A stretch of 64,000 nucleotides of DNA. It comes from the human T2T-CHM13v2.0 reference genome, Homo sapiens. Both the position numbers and the translations under genes were made by a program. Below are positions 9,461 to 29,535 of this stretch, one piece after another (position 1 is the stretch's first letter; each line of letters opens with the position of its first letter). The DNA lies in assembly GCF_009914755.1 (NCBI RefSeq), contig NC_060930.1; one strand, given 5' to 3'. The notes under the pieces were generated by a model. That model did not search any database and was not told the DNA's origin. It worked only from the letters and a program-made list of their open reading frames with translations.

Positions 9461-12319
9461 TCTCTGCAGGGCACCTGGCTGGAGGGGGTCTGGGCCCAGG
9501 GCCCACAGGAAGGATCCTCCACTCCTGCCCCCAAGAACTTGGGGCGTGGGGCCTTCTGAATCAGCACCTGGGACTTCAGCCAAACAAAGGATCCCTGGCC
9601 CTGCAGCTGTCCTGGGCAGGGCAGGGCAGGGCTGGGAGAATGGGAGGAGATTTCCCTCCGGCTGCTCTGATGAGGCCCCAGCGAAAGTGGGAATAAAGAT
9701 AGAGGGGAAGTGGGCTGGCAGGGAGATCTGACCCCCTTGGCCCCACCTACAGCCTCAGAGTGAATTATTAATAGAAGAAAGCACAAGTCAAGCACCTGCA
9801 GGCTCTGTTGCTATCACTCAAGCTCCACACCTAGCGTCATGGGGCCAAGCGGCCAGAACAGCCTCCGGCAGGTGGGCAGCACAGACCAACTTCCTCTGCA
9901 AGGGACGACAGGGAGGGTGGTGGCTGGCGCTGTCACCACATCCTGGCCATGCACATTGAGATGGCACCAGACCCACAGACTCTCCAGGCCTGTGTGTGTG
10001 TGAGCTATACTCCCGAGCAGATCAGCTGTGTGACTTTGGTGTGTGGCCTTCCAAGACATCAAGCTGTATAAAAAACCAAAGGGTCACCCAGGGCCCCAGA
10101 GAAGAAGCGATCATCTTAAGGGACAACCACTCCCCTTTTTTTCTGGAAAACAGCTCACACAGTAACAAAGTCAGTGATGTACAAAGTCAGTATGTAAAAT
10201 AACCGTGCAATAGTGTTCTTGTGTTTGGGTTGTCGTGGGTCCCCTCTGGGTCTCCTGCCTGCGTTTCAGACAAAAAGCCTGTGTAGAAGCCCAGGGTATC
10301 CCAGGTTATGACGTCGGTGCCACGGGGAGCATTCTGTAAATACCGGCGGCGACACCGAGCTACATACTGGGCAATGCCACGGTCCCAAGCTTTTCGCTTT
10401 TAAGATAAGGGGGCTCGGACAAGCCACAGTCCCTTTTGCTCAGACTTCTAAGGTCTTTTGGGGAATTCTGGGAGTCAACAAACAAACCCGAGGGGACCTC
10501 TGGCAACTAGGGCTGGAGGCCTTCCAGCAGGACTTCCTGAGTCGCTCCCTCCTCCAGGCCTCCGAGGATCCGGTTCTGGCCTCCTTCTAGAAGCCCTGGG
10601 GGATGGTGAGCCTCACTCAGGTACCCATCTCCCAGCAAGTTCGTGCTCTGAGGGAGGGCAGGGGGAGCCCTGGCTCGCTTGCTCACTTGCTCGTCTCCGG
10701 GACTCAGCTCATGCCTCCCCTGACAGTGTGAGTGAGTGCTCAGGAGGCACTGACCCAGGGCAGCCAGGAAGAAGCCTCTATGCCCTGCAGCCCTCGGGGT
10801 TCAGCCCAGCCACTTGGCCGTGCCTGACGACATCTCCCCTGTTCTTCATGGTGCTATGGGAGGCCAGCCTTCCCAGGCAGATGAGTGAGGCTCCTCATTC
10901 AAGGGTCCAGGGGGAGCCTCACCCTCATGGCACCCTGTGTAGGCTCTCGGGGCCCTTAGGAGGCTGCTGAGGGCGGGGAAAGGAAGGAGTGAGGGAGGAG
11001 GCCTGGAAGCCAATTAGGAAGATGTCCTTGAGAGGCAAGTCCATGGGAGCTGCAGAGAAAGTCTGTCAGGAGGACCTGGTTCCAAACTTGTTCCAAATCA
11101 CAGCATGCCACGATGAAGAAAAACAGTATGTTTTAATTCATAAATGCTTCTAAGAATTCAGTGTTATGGAATAAAGTTGGAAGTGAAATTCCCCCTCACC
11201 TGAGATTCCCACTGTCTGGTGCTTTGTATGTGGACGGTGGGAGGGATGATGAAGGTTGGCTTCTGGTTACTGAGAGGCCTCAGGGGATAAAGAGGGGTCC
11301 TGCCCTTTCTGGGTTTGCTCCTCCTCTGGCAATCTTCATGCTCCCCTGGGAAGCCCCCAAACCTGTCTGGACTTGCTCAAGGCAGATATCCTGTTGGTCA
11401 CTGGCCCCCATTATCTCACAGTCCCAATTTCTTGCCAAAACAACTTCCCTTTGCTGCTAGGGGACCCCTGCAGCTGAACCAAGAAGACAGAAATGCGGCC
11501 CCGGAGCCTGGGCTGCAGGGAGAGTGTGAGGACCAAATCCTAGCTAAAGGTTTTACAGGCCCAGACACGCATACTTCTGTTTGTTGGAAACATTACCCCA
11601 CCAAGCTCAGTCACCTCAGGTATTTCATTTTTCAAACAATACTAGATATCCAGTTCCATAGAAACAGAATTGTGTTTAATAGCTCTGTTTTTTAAAATCT
11701 CTCCCTCTCTCTCCACTGTGCCACGAGCAGTGTTTGGCCAAAGCAGATTCACTCAATGTTTATGGAACACAGCAAACAAGTTTGTCAAATATCAACCCTG
11801 TGTGCATGGTAAACTATTAGAAAGTGAAGGAGCCAATCCCCTTCTCCAGACCAGCTGAGGTGGTCCAGAATTACATCCAGGATGCCTGCTTAAGAGTGCC
11901 CAGACTCTGCCAGGATCCTCCAGCCCTGTGTGGAGGCGGGTCACAGAGGGGTGGCTGTAGGAGGGACACCCAGCGTGGCATCGATGAGCTGGATTAAGAT
12001 GCTGCTACGCAAACAGGAAGGAAGAACAGCAACGATGGCTAACGTGCATTGGGCGCTAACCCCAGGCTAGGCACAGTGCCAAGTCCCTCAGAAGCCCCTC
12101 CCAATAACCCCACATGGTGGTAAGTGCATCCATCACCTTTAACTACCTTACCAACCTCCCAATGACACCTTGCAATGAACATTCTCAGATGCATCCCCTT
12201 AGGAACATCTGTGAGAATTTCTTTAGGATACATACCCAGGAGTAGAGGAAGGTGTGATGCTTTTTATGTGTCAGTTTGGCCAGGCTGAACTACTGCCCTC
12301 AGAATTCCCTTTCTAGGGA

Positions 12320-13625
<1,306 letters not shown>

Positions 13626-13829
13626 GTATTTATAATTGATATATATTCATAAAGAAAATCTGGAAGGATCCAAGAAACTAATAATAGTTGTCTGCAGGGA
13701 GGTGGTAGAAACTGGGCTAATTGGGGAAAAGAGCAGGAGGGAGATTTTTCATTTTATAACTTTTTATATTTTTCTGTGTTTTTGAACCATGTGAATACAT
13801 TACTTACAAAAAAAACCCAGATAGAATAA

Positions 13830-14148
<319 letters not shown>

Positions 14149-14455
14149 AAAAAAAACCTTTATGTGCACTTAATTGCAGTACATTAATGCCTTATGAATT
14201 TATTTTAACTTAAAACACAAATATCTTACTGGTCTTTTGAGGCAGGGTCCAGAACTTTTCTTTGCTCATAGATCTGTGGAATAGAGCTCTGTATTTATCA
14301 TTTGTGCATAAACCACTGATGATGCATAATCTATACTTTTTCAGTTTGGTTTCTTTAAAAAGGAGCCAGAAGTAGAGAATCCTGGTAAAGGAATTGTAGT
14401 GCAGCATCCTCTGACACGCTTTTATTTTCTTCTCCCTCTAGTGTCAATCTTTATA

Positions 14456-14594
14456 ATTTTTAATTTTTTTTTTTTTTTTTGTAGAGACAGGGTGTCGCTG
14501 TTTCCCAGGCTGGTCTTGAACTCCTGGCCTCAAGCAATCCTCATGCCTTGGCCTCCCAAAGTGTTGGGATCACAGGCGTGAGCCACGGCACCAC
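14456..14594 (-). mobile_element. FLAM / Alu left monomer
   Basis: Single monomer; flanking near-repeat agtgtcaatcttt / agtgccagtcttt. Confidence 0.8.
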
Positions 14595-15258
14595 AGTGCC
14601 AGTCTTTAATAGTTGTCTTGCTCACACCTAATTTGGCAGCAATTCTCTTTTGGTGGCTTGCTTTTATCACTTCTTTCCAAAGCATTCAACAGTGAAAAAT
14701 GTGTCGCCTGTCACACATTCTCAGCTGAGGTAGAACAAGGTGACTCTTACTTTTCACTGAAATAGCACTTCTCTTTCTTTTTTGCATTCATAGTTCATTG
14801 GCTTAGATCACATTTAACTAATTTACATAATTACAATAACAAGGACAACTGGCATAAGCAGGTTTGAGGACCAACACAGCCCGTGACTACATTTGTGGGA
14901 GTGGGTGCTCTGTTTAGGGCAAGTTGTGGAGAAGGCCAGCTGCCACTCAGTTATGTAGAGGCTGGTTAAAGACAGTTCCACCTGCGTGTGAGTGTGACTT
15001 GCTAACTTTAACATGAGGAGCATGCTAGATGTCTCTGAACTATGCCGTCTGACATTGTGTTTCATGCATTCAAATGTCAGGTAAGTGTGTACAGGTCAGG
15101 CACATGCTCCTCAGGCAGAGCGCTGGGGTCCCTGTGGTGCTCAGAGCCAAGCTGTCATGGGGCAGGCACTCTGAAAACATTTTCTGAAGTAAGCAGACCT
15201 TTTTTTTTTCAAAGGTCCTCAAGGTAAGATTTCTGACAAAGCTGACATTTAGACTTCA

Positions 15259-17536
<2,278 letters not shown>

Positions 17537-18517
17537 AAGAAAAGGATGGGGAAGGGCAGGTCTGTAAGATCTCCTAAAGTGTCTGGGATTAAATCCTCAG
17601 TTGGCTCCCAGTGCCCCAGGCTGAGGCGAATCCCTCGACTGTTTAGAGACGATGTGGAAACCCTCTGCTCCTAAAGGAGGAAGAGGCCCAAGTCCATGAT
17701 CTGAAGCCGAAAGGCCTCTGTCTCAGCAGACGACCCTGACCCCTGCTTCACAGAGAATGGGGGCTACCGGCCTTTGCTCTCTCCACCTCCTCCCGCCAAA
17801 CAAACTTTCACACGTCCCCCCTGCCCTAACTCCTTTCTCTTCACTTAACTGAAACAACTGGAGACCCTTTACCCAGGATCCTGAATCAGAAACTGGGACC
17901 CCAGGGGCCCACCACCTCCCCATTCCCACTCACTTCCAAGAGATGATCAATTCCTGCCCACTTCTCCTGCACAGCCTTTCCCTGGCCATCTTCTCTCATT
18001 GCCTAATCCATGCTCCTCTGGTCGGGTCTCACCCCCTCCAGCCCTGACACACCACCCTCTCCTTAAAACCTCCAATGCTCCCTCTGCCAACAGGTAAGTG
18101 TCCAAACAGCTCAGCTGGGCACAGAAAGCCCTCACAATCTGGTCTCATTCACCCTTCCAGTGATTTCCCCACCCACTCAGATACACCCTGAGCACCTGTC
18201 CTATGAAGCCACACAAAGTTTCCATAATGCTGGTCCTTCTGCTTGACAGCTCTTTTTCCCATTCTCCACCTTCTCAGCCTACAAGTTCCTGTTCAAACCT
18301 AATGTCTTTCACGAAGTCTTCCCTTCCCTGATCCTCAGCCACTCATCATAACAAAACATTTATTGCATGCTCACTCTATACCAGGTACAGTAGATGTAAT
18401 GGAGGTGGGAACAGAGACAGTGTCAGTTATATAGGGCTTGCAGTCTGGGTGTGTGCATGTCAGCCAGAGACAAGTATAATTTTACACCTGTCATGAGGAG
18501 CTATAAGATAGGGCCGA

Positions 18518-18839
<322 letters not shown>

Positions 18840-19170
18840 GGGGTTGTGACCTTGGCAGAAAAGTCAGGGAAGGATCCTCTGAGAAAGTCACAGTGATGCT
18901 GTGATCTAAAGATGAGAAGGACATAGGGAGGGGAAATAGGGTGCAGAAAACTGTATTCCAGATAGCGTCAAGGACAGATGGGCAAAGGCTCTGTGGCAGG
19001 TGGGAACAAGGTGGATGTAAAGAACTAAAAGAAGGCCAGTGTGGCTGAAATGGAGGAAAAAGGAACACAGTGATGAAACTGGACAGGGGGCAAGGGCAAG
19101 ACCATCCAAGCCTCTTGAGGCTAAGGATCCTCATCTTAATGGCTCCCCTGAAGAGCAGGGGAAACCATTA

Positions 19171-19623
<453 letters not shown>

Positions 19624-19649
19624 CCTTGCTCTGGCCACAGTGTAGATCA

Positions 19650-20005
19650 AGGGTGAGCTAAGTTCTTCTGTTCAAGGCCAGATGATACATATTCCGGGCT
19701 TTGCTGCCAAGAGGCAAATACAGGCTATTATGTAGGACTTACATAATAAGAAAGAAAATTCTACACATTTTTGAGAACACTGAAAATATAATGATAATTG
19801 AGTGAGTGTAAATTTTTGTAATACTGATCATCTAATGAGAAGAATAGGATTGTTTTTTGGAGAGAGAACACTTCCCCTTCAAAGAGAAGGAAAGTCAGTG
19901 TTCCCATATCATCAAATGCTCATCTGTAAAAGCAGCTCAAGGACTGTGTGAAATCGACAGGCAGTGGCTAGATTTGGCCCCTGGACTGTAGTTTGCTGAC
20001 CCCCA
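19650..20005 (+). mobile_element. MER58C-like
   Basis: ttctgttcaaggccagatgatacatatt...gatttggcccctggactgtagtttgctgacccc. Confidence 0.6.
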
Positions 20006-21495
20006 GTGCAGACAATGGACTGGAGGAAGGTGAATGAGGACATGGGGCAACTTAGGTTTGCCATGGTCCAGGCCAGATAGCTTGGATGAGGGTGACGGAG
20101 GGGTGTTTTGGGGTGAACCTGACAGGATTAATGATAGAAGGGACTTATGGGGGTACAGGAGGAGGAGTCAGATGTGACCTAGATGTCAGGTTCACATCTA
20201 TGAAGCGTGGAGCACTGGGAGAGCTGTTTCACATGGAGACCTCAACAGGAGCTGTCACCGTGGCAGCTGGACCGAGGTTCCAAGGCCCAGAGAGGTTTGT
20301 GAGGCCCCTGAGAACAGGCAGTCACTGAAGGCAAGAACATGAAGAAGGGCGGCCAGCACGCCGGTGAACATGGGCCCAGCGCTCAGGGGTCATGTCTTCC
20401 TCACACCAGTCAGCACACCGCTTCAAACTGTTTCTTTTGTCTCCTCCATCAAACTAGGACTGCTTCTAAGGAGTGCCTCATGGTCAGCAGAATACCTGGC
20501 ACCCACTGGGTGCTAAGAACATGACAGAGGAAGGCAGGGAGGGAGGGAGGACGTCGCGACTTTTGCTTCCACAGTAAACTCAGAGCCAATCACCTCAATT
20601 CACAACAGAAGCCGATTTCTTCCTCTTGCCCTAGTCAGCTGCCCCTCGCCTGTGGCCAGCCCTCCCCAGCAACTGCTTTTGAGAAGTTGCTCTAAATCAC
20701 TCTAAATCATCCAAGTGTGTGAGCACACACATGCATTTGCACACAAATCTCCTTCTGATCAACCCTGGGAACATGATTTGTGGTGATGGTGTATTGACAA
20801 CACACTCATCAACTGTCAGCTCAACATGTCTAAATATTATGTCCCATCACCCAGAACATCATTTTTTTTAATTAAAAAAAAGTTAAGTGGCAATCTCACA
20901 GCAAGGAGAGAAGAAGGAAAAAAAAAGCCACAGGTTAGAGAAAATTAATTTATCCTTTTTTCCATTTCTTTCCTTTTTTTTTTTTTTTTTTTTTTTGAAC
21001 AGAAGAGTAAAAAGCTCATAATTGCATCTCTTTAACAGCCCTGGGATGGGGAAATCAGTGCTGGGATGTGGGGTGGCCTGCTCCAGTGACCACATGGTGT
21101 GTTTGCTTGACATCAGTGGAGCTCCCGGCTTGGAGACCAGTCTCCCTGGGCCACAGTCACGAACCCTCTGGCCCGGTGTAAAGTCGCTGAGAAGGACACC
21201 AAAGAATTCGTGAAAGGGTGTGCATGTCCTCATGGCCAATAATAACATTCTAGAAAATATTTCATAATAACATTCTTGAAAATATTGCAAAAAGAATGGA
21301 CATATACTATTTTGTTCTGTGAGGTCACAACAAACCTATGAGGTCAGAACTGTCTTCTCTGTTTGAAAGGAGGAAATTAACATGCAGGGGATGAACTTCC
21401 CAAGGTTGCATGATTGGTGATGAAGGGCTAAGCCCCCAACCCTCTGATACTCTGCGGTGCCTCTTGTCCTCCCATTGCAGATCTGTTCAGCATGA

Positions 21496-22076
<581 letters not shown>

Positions 22077-23012
22077 CTGTCTGGACAAGTTTTTACTCAT
22101 CAGGAATATCTCATTGGAGAGAAACAAATGGATTAGATGACAAATATTTTCCTCATGGAAACACCAAGAGCACTGCTTCTGGAGTCAAAGATTGGGGTTC
22201 AAATCTCAACGTTCCACTGGCATAGTGAGTCCCTCCAGCAGGCCTATCTAACTTCGCTTTTGAGCCTCAATTTTGACATCTGTAAAACAGTAATAATAAT
22301 ACCTACTGTTCTGGGTTTCTGAGAAGATTAAACAAGAGAAGGTACAGGACACATGTGCTCCCAGGGAGGACTCGAGCAGTCTCATTGCCTGGGGTGGGGT
22401 TTCTGTTGTTTTGTTTTGACGTGGGTTACAGTTTAGACCAGGCTCAATGACTCAGGCATGATTGAGTTGGTTTGGTTATTTGTTTCCTGGACAACCTTCA
22501 GCCCTCCTTTTGTTTCAATCAGCAGAATGTTGCTCAGGGGCAGAAATTGCCAGGAGTGGACGCAGGAGGGAAGAGAGAAGGGCAGCCTGGGCCCTTTGGG
22601 ATAGGGACCAATGACCTTGCTTACTCTAACATCCCCTGAAAGCACCTGTGTCCAGGGCACATTCATTTTATCCACAATGATGATCCAGAGACATCAAGGA
22701 AAGGCCATAGTTCGTTCAGTAGAATTGTTCACTGACAGCAGGAAACAGAATGCAAACATGCACATGACTGGCTCATCCTTGCAGGAAGTCCGAGAGAGAG
22801 AGGCCTACAAGTCTACACTGGTCAGTGCAATTCAAGGGGTGCAAAAGAGGGAATTGGTGTGGCCACGGGTCAGGCTGAGTTCTCTAATTTGGTGTTACTG
22901 GTAACGAAGGTGGTTTTCTACTTTCTGGGATATGGCTCTCAAGCAGTTCAAGACCCCCGAAGAGGAAATGAGACGCAATTATTTAGTGGCAATCTAAAGC
23001 TTAATTGTATCC

Positions 23013-23125
23013 AGTAGAATATCACTTTACCTGGTATCACCACCTAAAAAAGTTAGAAGGGGTGGGCCCTGTTAGCTGGAGTCATTTCAGTTCCTCTATG
23101 ATACCAGATAAAGTGATATTCTACT
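23013..23125. repeat. 27-bp inverted repeat with 59-nt spacer
   Basis: agtagaatatcactttacctggtatca (23013-23039) / tgataccagataaagtgatattctact (23099-23125); 1 mismatch. Confidence 0.95.
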
Positions 23126-24407
23126 TCGTTTTCTGTTTCAAGAGGGTACCCAGCTCTCCAATTCCAGAAAATTGGTAGTAACTCTGTCCGTATATACCAT
23201 TTCCTTACTTTTAGTTACAGCCTTTCCTGCTTAAATGACATCCCCCTTTAAGGAACTGGGGACACACTGCCTGGAAGGGCTGTCCCAGGAAATCGGGTCT
23301 GGAGTGGCCTCTGTGGCCACATGTGCCACCTGATCTGATGGGCACATGGGCCTTCCCTGGTGGAAGCTCCTGACTCCCTCAGAGCTCATGCCAGCCTCAC
23401 AGACGTGGAAAAAGAAAAAACGAGGCCAATCTAACCCTGACAGTTTGTGGGGGACACTCTCATACCCATTATTTCTCTGTGAGGCAGGCCCAGCAGGAGG
23501 TTTTATTTCCACCTTGAGATAAGCTATGGAAGCTCCGAGGGAGGAAGAGAGAGTTCCAAAGGATCACACATCCTGGTAGAAGCCAACTCAAGGGAGATGA
23601 GAACCAAAGGCGCCCGGTCCCAGGCCAAAGAGCCTCCAAAGACCACAAACCACTGCTACTAGAACGAGGCCAGAGCCTCCACATGGCTTGAGTGTTGTCC
23701 AAAAATACAAACAAGAAGACATCACTGAAGTGCAAAGAAACAAACTCCTATTTGTTTCTATTTCATCCATAAAAATGTCACAGCTTTCTCTGAATAGCTC
23801 TCATGTTGTCCTCCTTTTTCTCTCCACTCTTGGCCTCCTGGACCTGAACCAAGTCTCTCCCTCTCCTCTTAGTTCCGTGAACACAGATTATCTCCCTCTT
23901 CACGGGACAGTCACAGGAAATCTAAACATTTTCAGATGGGGTTCTTTTAAGCCCACTTCCCCTGTCCTCCACCCACCCCCCACCCTGTTGCTGTGTATTC
24001 AGGAAATGCAAACCCAATATAAAGATAACCCGGACCAAACAGAAAGAGAGATGTGCCCTGTGACCTGGTTGGGCAAATGACTTCCCCTCCTTGCACCTCA
24101 GACTCACCTTCTGCAGAATAAAGTTGGACCTGAGGAGCTCCAAGCCTCTGTTGGACGAATCCCCTGAGACCCTGCCTGGCCTGTCCCAGGACACTGAACA
24201 ATCTTGGGCCAGGATATCAGGATATTGAGATACTAGGGTTTCCCACCAATGACACCTGATCCCTAAGGATCTGAGCCCTTTGGGGAAACAATGCTAGAAG
24301 TCAGGATGTCTGGATTGCAGTCTCAGTTCTGCCATCTTTTGGAAAAGAGAAGAGAGTGAGTAGGGGTAGGAATTAGGGGTAAGAAGTAGGGGTAGCTCTA
24401 GCTATAA

Positions 24408-24711
<304 letters not shown>

Positions 24712-27700
24712 TTAATGTTGCAATTAAAAAAAATAGAATAATGGCTATGACTGGTATAATAATATAATGAAATGTTTTTAGAAAGGTTCCACCAATGGTG
24801 AGAAGGAGCCAACGGCCAATCTCCAGGGCAGCACGTGAAGATTTGATGTAGAGCATATTTCCACCACTTTTATGTGGCTCTTTAAGCACAGGAGCTCTTG
24901 GCCTGGGGCACCTCCTGTCTCTATACCCGCAATAACCCTGGCACCCCAAACTCCTCAGATAATGTGTCCCCTGACTTCCTGGTCCTGAAAAGGGTCTCCG
25001 TCTGCATCTAGGACAATCCATTGTTGCAATGTACAGAGCTAGCTGACAAACAGAACCCAACCTGAGGTGTCATCTGATGAAGAATGTTTAATCTACCAGG
25101 TAAGCTCTCCATGGGCAAGGTCAGTTGGATGGCATTAGTAATCAACCTTGGCTCACGGCTCTGAGTAACCAGAATACAGAAGGGGCAGGAAGGATGAATC
25201 ATGATCAGGACAGAGGCTGTTAATAGACTTTGAGGTTTGCTGGTGGGAACAAGGGGTGGGGTGGGGCTGGGCATTTAACTCCATGCAAACAGGCTTGGCC
25301 ACTCGGCTGGGCTGGAAATGTCCAATCATCTTGGGAGACTGGGATAACAAAGAAGCCCCCTCCCTAACTCTAACAATGTCCCTGCTTAGTCCCCCTAGAA
25401 ACCTTCACCCTTCTAAATATTTGAGCAATGCCTGGAAAAAGATAAGAGGTGAACTTCAAATAATTTTTTGGTGCTCCCAAGAGGCTGAACTTTTAAAGTT
25501 GCCAATCCCTGTTTTACAGAAGTGAGGTGGTAGCCCAGATGAGCTGAAGCATTAGTCAGAGAGACAGAAGCCATGTGGAAACCCATTCAAGACCTCCATG
25601 TTCATCAGCTATGAGTGGTCAAACACACTTGGGAAATCTGGTGTCAAATGTTAGCCGCAGGACTTCTGAGGGCTTTTGATAATGGGAGATGGTGCTCCAA
25701 GAGGGACCACAAAGGCCATCTGTGGGGCTTTCTAAACCCCAGTTCCTACCACTTCTACACCCAGGATGCATGAGGCTCCTTCTCCAGCAGCCTCACCTTG
25801 GCTGCCCCATAAGACCAGCTCAAATCATCATCCAGCCTCATCCAGGAAGCCCTCCCTGACCATTGAAGGGCATCGTGTTTTTCCCTCTTGGATATCCACT
25901 CTGAGTACCTAACAATCTTATGAAGATGTTTTAGACTTTATGCATTTTTTTTGGTTACAAAGTCCTCTTGTGATGAATAGACTTTAATTTTAGAGTAGTT
26001 TTAGATTCACAGCAACTTTATGCATTCTTTTATAGTACTTGCCCACTATACAAAGCCCAGAGTCACTATAAATAGCAGGCTTTGAAAAAAAGACTTGTTG
26101 CCTGATAGATATCAAATCAGGAAACGACACATGTCTAGGTGTAATATAAAGCCATTTATTACAAGAGGGCGTGAAAAGTGAAGTCTCATGCCAGCTATAA
26201 GAATAGAGCTAAAGGACATTCACGACCCTTCTCCCCCAGCCCCATCACTGCTGAAAATGTGTCCTCAGAGCAGTAATGCCATCCCTTGATCTGGGGGCCC
26301 TGCAAGGGAAACCTCCACAGTGAGTCCACGCAGCCCCAGCCCCACCACGGCACCAGGACACAGGGCACAGCTCAGCGGGAGGGCCAAGATATGGAGTGTG
26401 GAGGTCTAGGCCCCATTTTCAGAACCCCTGGTTTACATCTTCCACAAACACTGGCCAGACCAGTGCGTTCTATCTTCCCTCAGATTATTTTTAAAAACAC
26501 CCCAGTTCAAAGAACATCATAAAGAGGCTGGGATTCCCACATTTACATTAGATTTCTGCCTCCATTTTAATCTCATTTTATAAACTGGCTTTGTCAATTT
26601 AAAAGCATCACCAACAAGAACACTGGCCTTGAAGTGGTCTGTTCTCAGTCATAGTTATATGAACCACCACTGACCAAGCACTGATGATATCCAAGCTCTG
26701 TGTTACAAGCTCTACAGGCATCATTTCATTAAGTCCTTGAATAGCTCTATCCACTGTCCCCATGTGACCAATGAAGAAACGGAAGCTCAGAGAGATTCAG
26801 CTGTTAAGTGGCAGAGGTAGGTTCAAACTCAGCTCTTTCTCCCTGCCCCTCAAAGCCCAAAAGCCAAACCACTGTGCTCTGTAGACTCCCCTCCAATGAA
26901 AGGCACGCCACCATGAAAAAGAAAAACCAATCGCAGGAAGGATGGGGAGAGGGGAAAAGGAAAAAGAGGCAGAGGGAAGGGAAGAAGGTGAGAAGGAGAG
27001 AGTAGCATAAGGAGGAAAGGAAGCCAAGGTCTGGATGAGAAGCCCACGGGATCTGGCTTCAGGTTCAGGAGACTTTTTGCAGAATGGGAATGAAGCAGGA
27101 GGGCTGCTGGTGACTGCCAGACAAACAAGCCACAAAATATGGAGAAGCCATTTCCTCCCTCAAGGAAGATAAACAATAGATTCATAAACAAATTGTACAA
27201 AGCTGTTCAGCTAGTTAAAACATTTTGGTAGCAACTCATATTCTTTGTGGGACTAAAGTTTGTCCTTGCCAATGGTCAACAGTTATCGTGGGGAGAGAGG
27301 AGAGGAGAGGGACATATTCTCTCCCAGCCTTTCACCTGCTAGGCCTATGGCTACACCCTCTCTGAGCTTCAGGTCACTCTTCTGTGAAGAAATAGAAATT
27401 CCTGCCCTCCTGACTATTGTGGAGAAGAAAAAGATATACTTTTGGCAATATGGCAGACCGGATACCTTACTTGCCCCTCCTAATGGAAAGAACTAATATG
27501 CTGGATACAATTTTAGATATAAAGACTGAATACACATTGCTGAGATAGTACAAATGAAAAGACCAAAACAAACCCAAAGCAGGAACCTTGGAAGGTGAGC
27601 TGGCATCAAAGCTGGCTTTTGCCCTGAGGGTTTCTGCTGAAACCTGGAGATTCTAAGTTTCCCAATGACAGCAGCACAGGGTTAAGAGCCTAGGGAGACC

Positions 27701-28363
27701 CCTCCACAAAGTTGGGACTTCAAATGGCTCCACTCCACAAAATTCATTCGACTTGGTGAATGAGAAGTAAATGCACAACACAGAGACTGCAAGAAAACTG
27801 GACCTTGCAAGGGCTGAGCAGAATGGGGGGAAAATCTCTCTGCTGAAAATGTGTAACCATAGCTGGACTTCACACAGGTTTGTAGCCTGAATTATATTAC
27901 TTGGGTAGCCAGAAAAGCCTTAACTAGAAAATTAATTTAAAGTGATTTTTGTTGGTAATGCCCACCAGACAACCAGCAGAAGTTAACCAAATCCTCTCTG
28001 GAAAAGACAACTCAACCCACACCTCAGATAATTCCCTAAGATAAAGTGCCAAGAAAAAATGAGCAATTCACAGGAAACAAGGCATTATGAATACCAGCCA
28101 GCAGAAACAACAAGTGGCAGAACCAGACCTGCAAGAACTTCAGATTTGGGAATTACAAGACACAAAATTATAAAATTTCTAAATAGCAAATTTAATATTT
28201 TAAAGAAATAAACATCTTCAAATATGAGCAAGAAATGAGAGACCAGAAAAATCACCAAGCAGAACTTCTAGAAATGACAAATAAATAAAGCAAAAAGAAA
28301 AAATCCAATGAATGGGTTAAAGAGCATTTTAGACACATAATAAATTAGTTAAATAGAAGATAG

Positions 28364-28686
<323 letters not shown>

Positions 28687-28720
28687 AGAAGATAGATTTG
28701 AATAAATTATTCAGAGTTCA

Positions 28721-29311
<591 letters not shown>

Positions 29312-29312
<1 letters not shown>

Positions 29313-29432
29313 TATCTATCTATCTATCTGTCTGTCTGTCTGTCTGTCTCTATCTATCTATCTATCTACATATATATATATATCTAGCTAGCTGGATAAC
29401 CCCTGAAAAAACACACATAGAGTCTGTTTTTT

Positions 29433-29482
<50 letters not shown>

Positions 29483-29535
29483 ATCTATCCAGGTAGCTAG
29501 CTGGGTAACCCCAGAAATAACAGACATAGAGTATG
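29312..29535. repeat. two (TATC)n/(TGTC)n STR blocks, each followed by a duplicated ~40-bp unit
   Basis: tagctagctggataacccctgaaaaaacacacatagagt / tagctagctgggtaaccccagaaataacagacatagagt. Confidence 0.9.

Noticed and set aside
10458-10970. 170-aa ORF
   Set aside because: GC-rich stop-poor sequence, non-ATG start, no domain.
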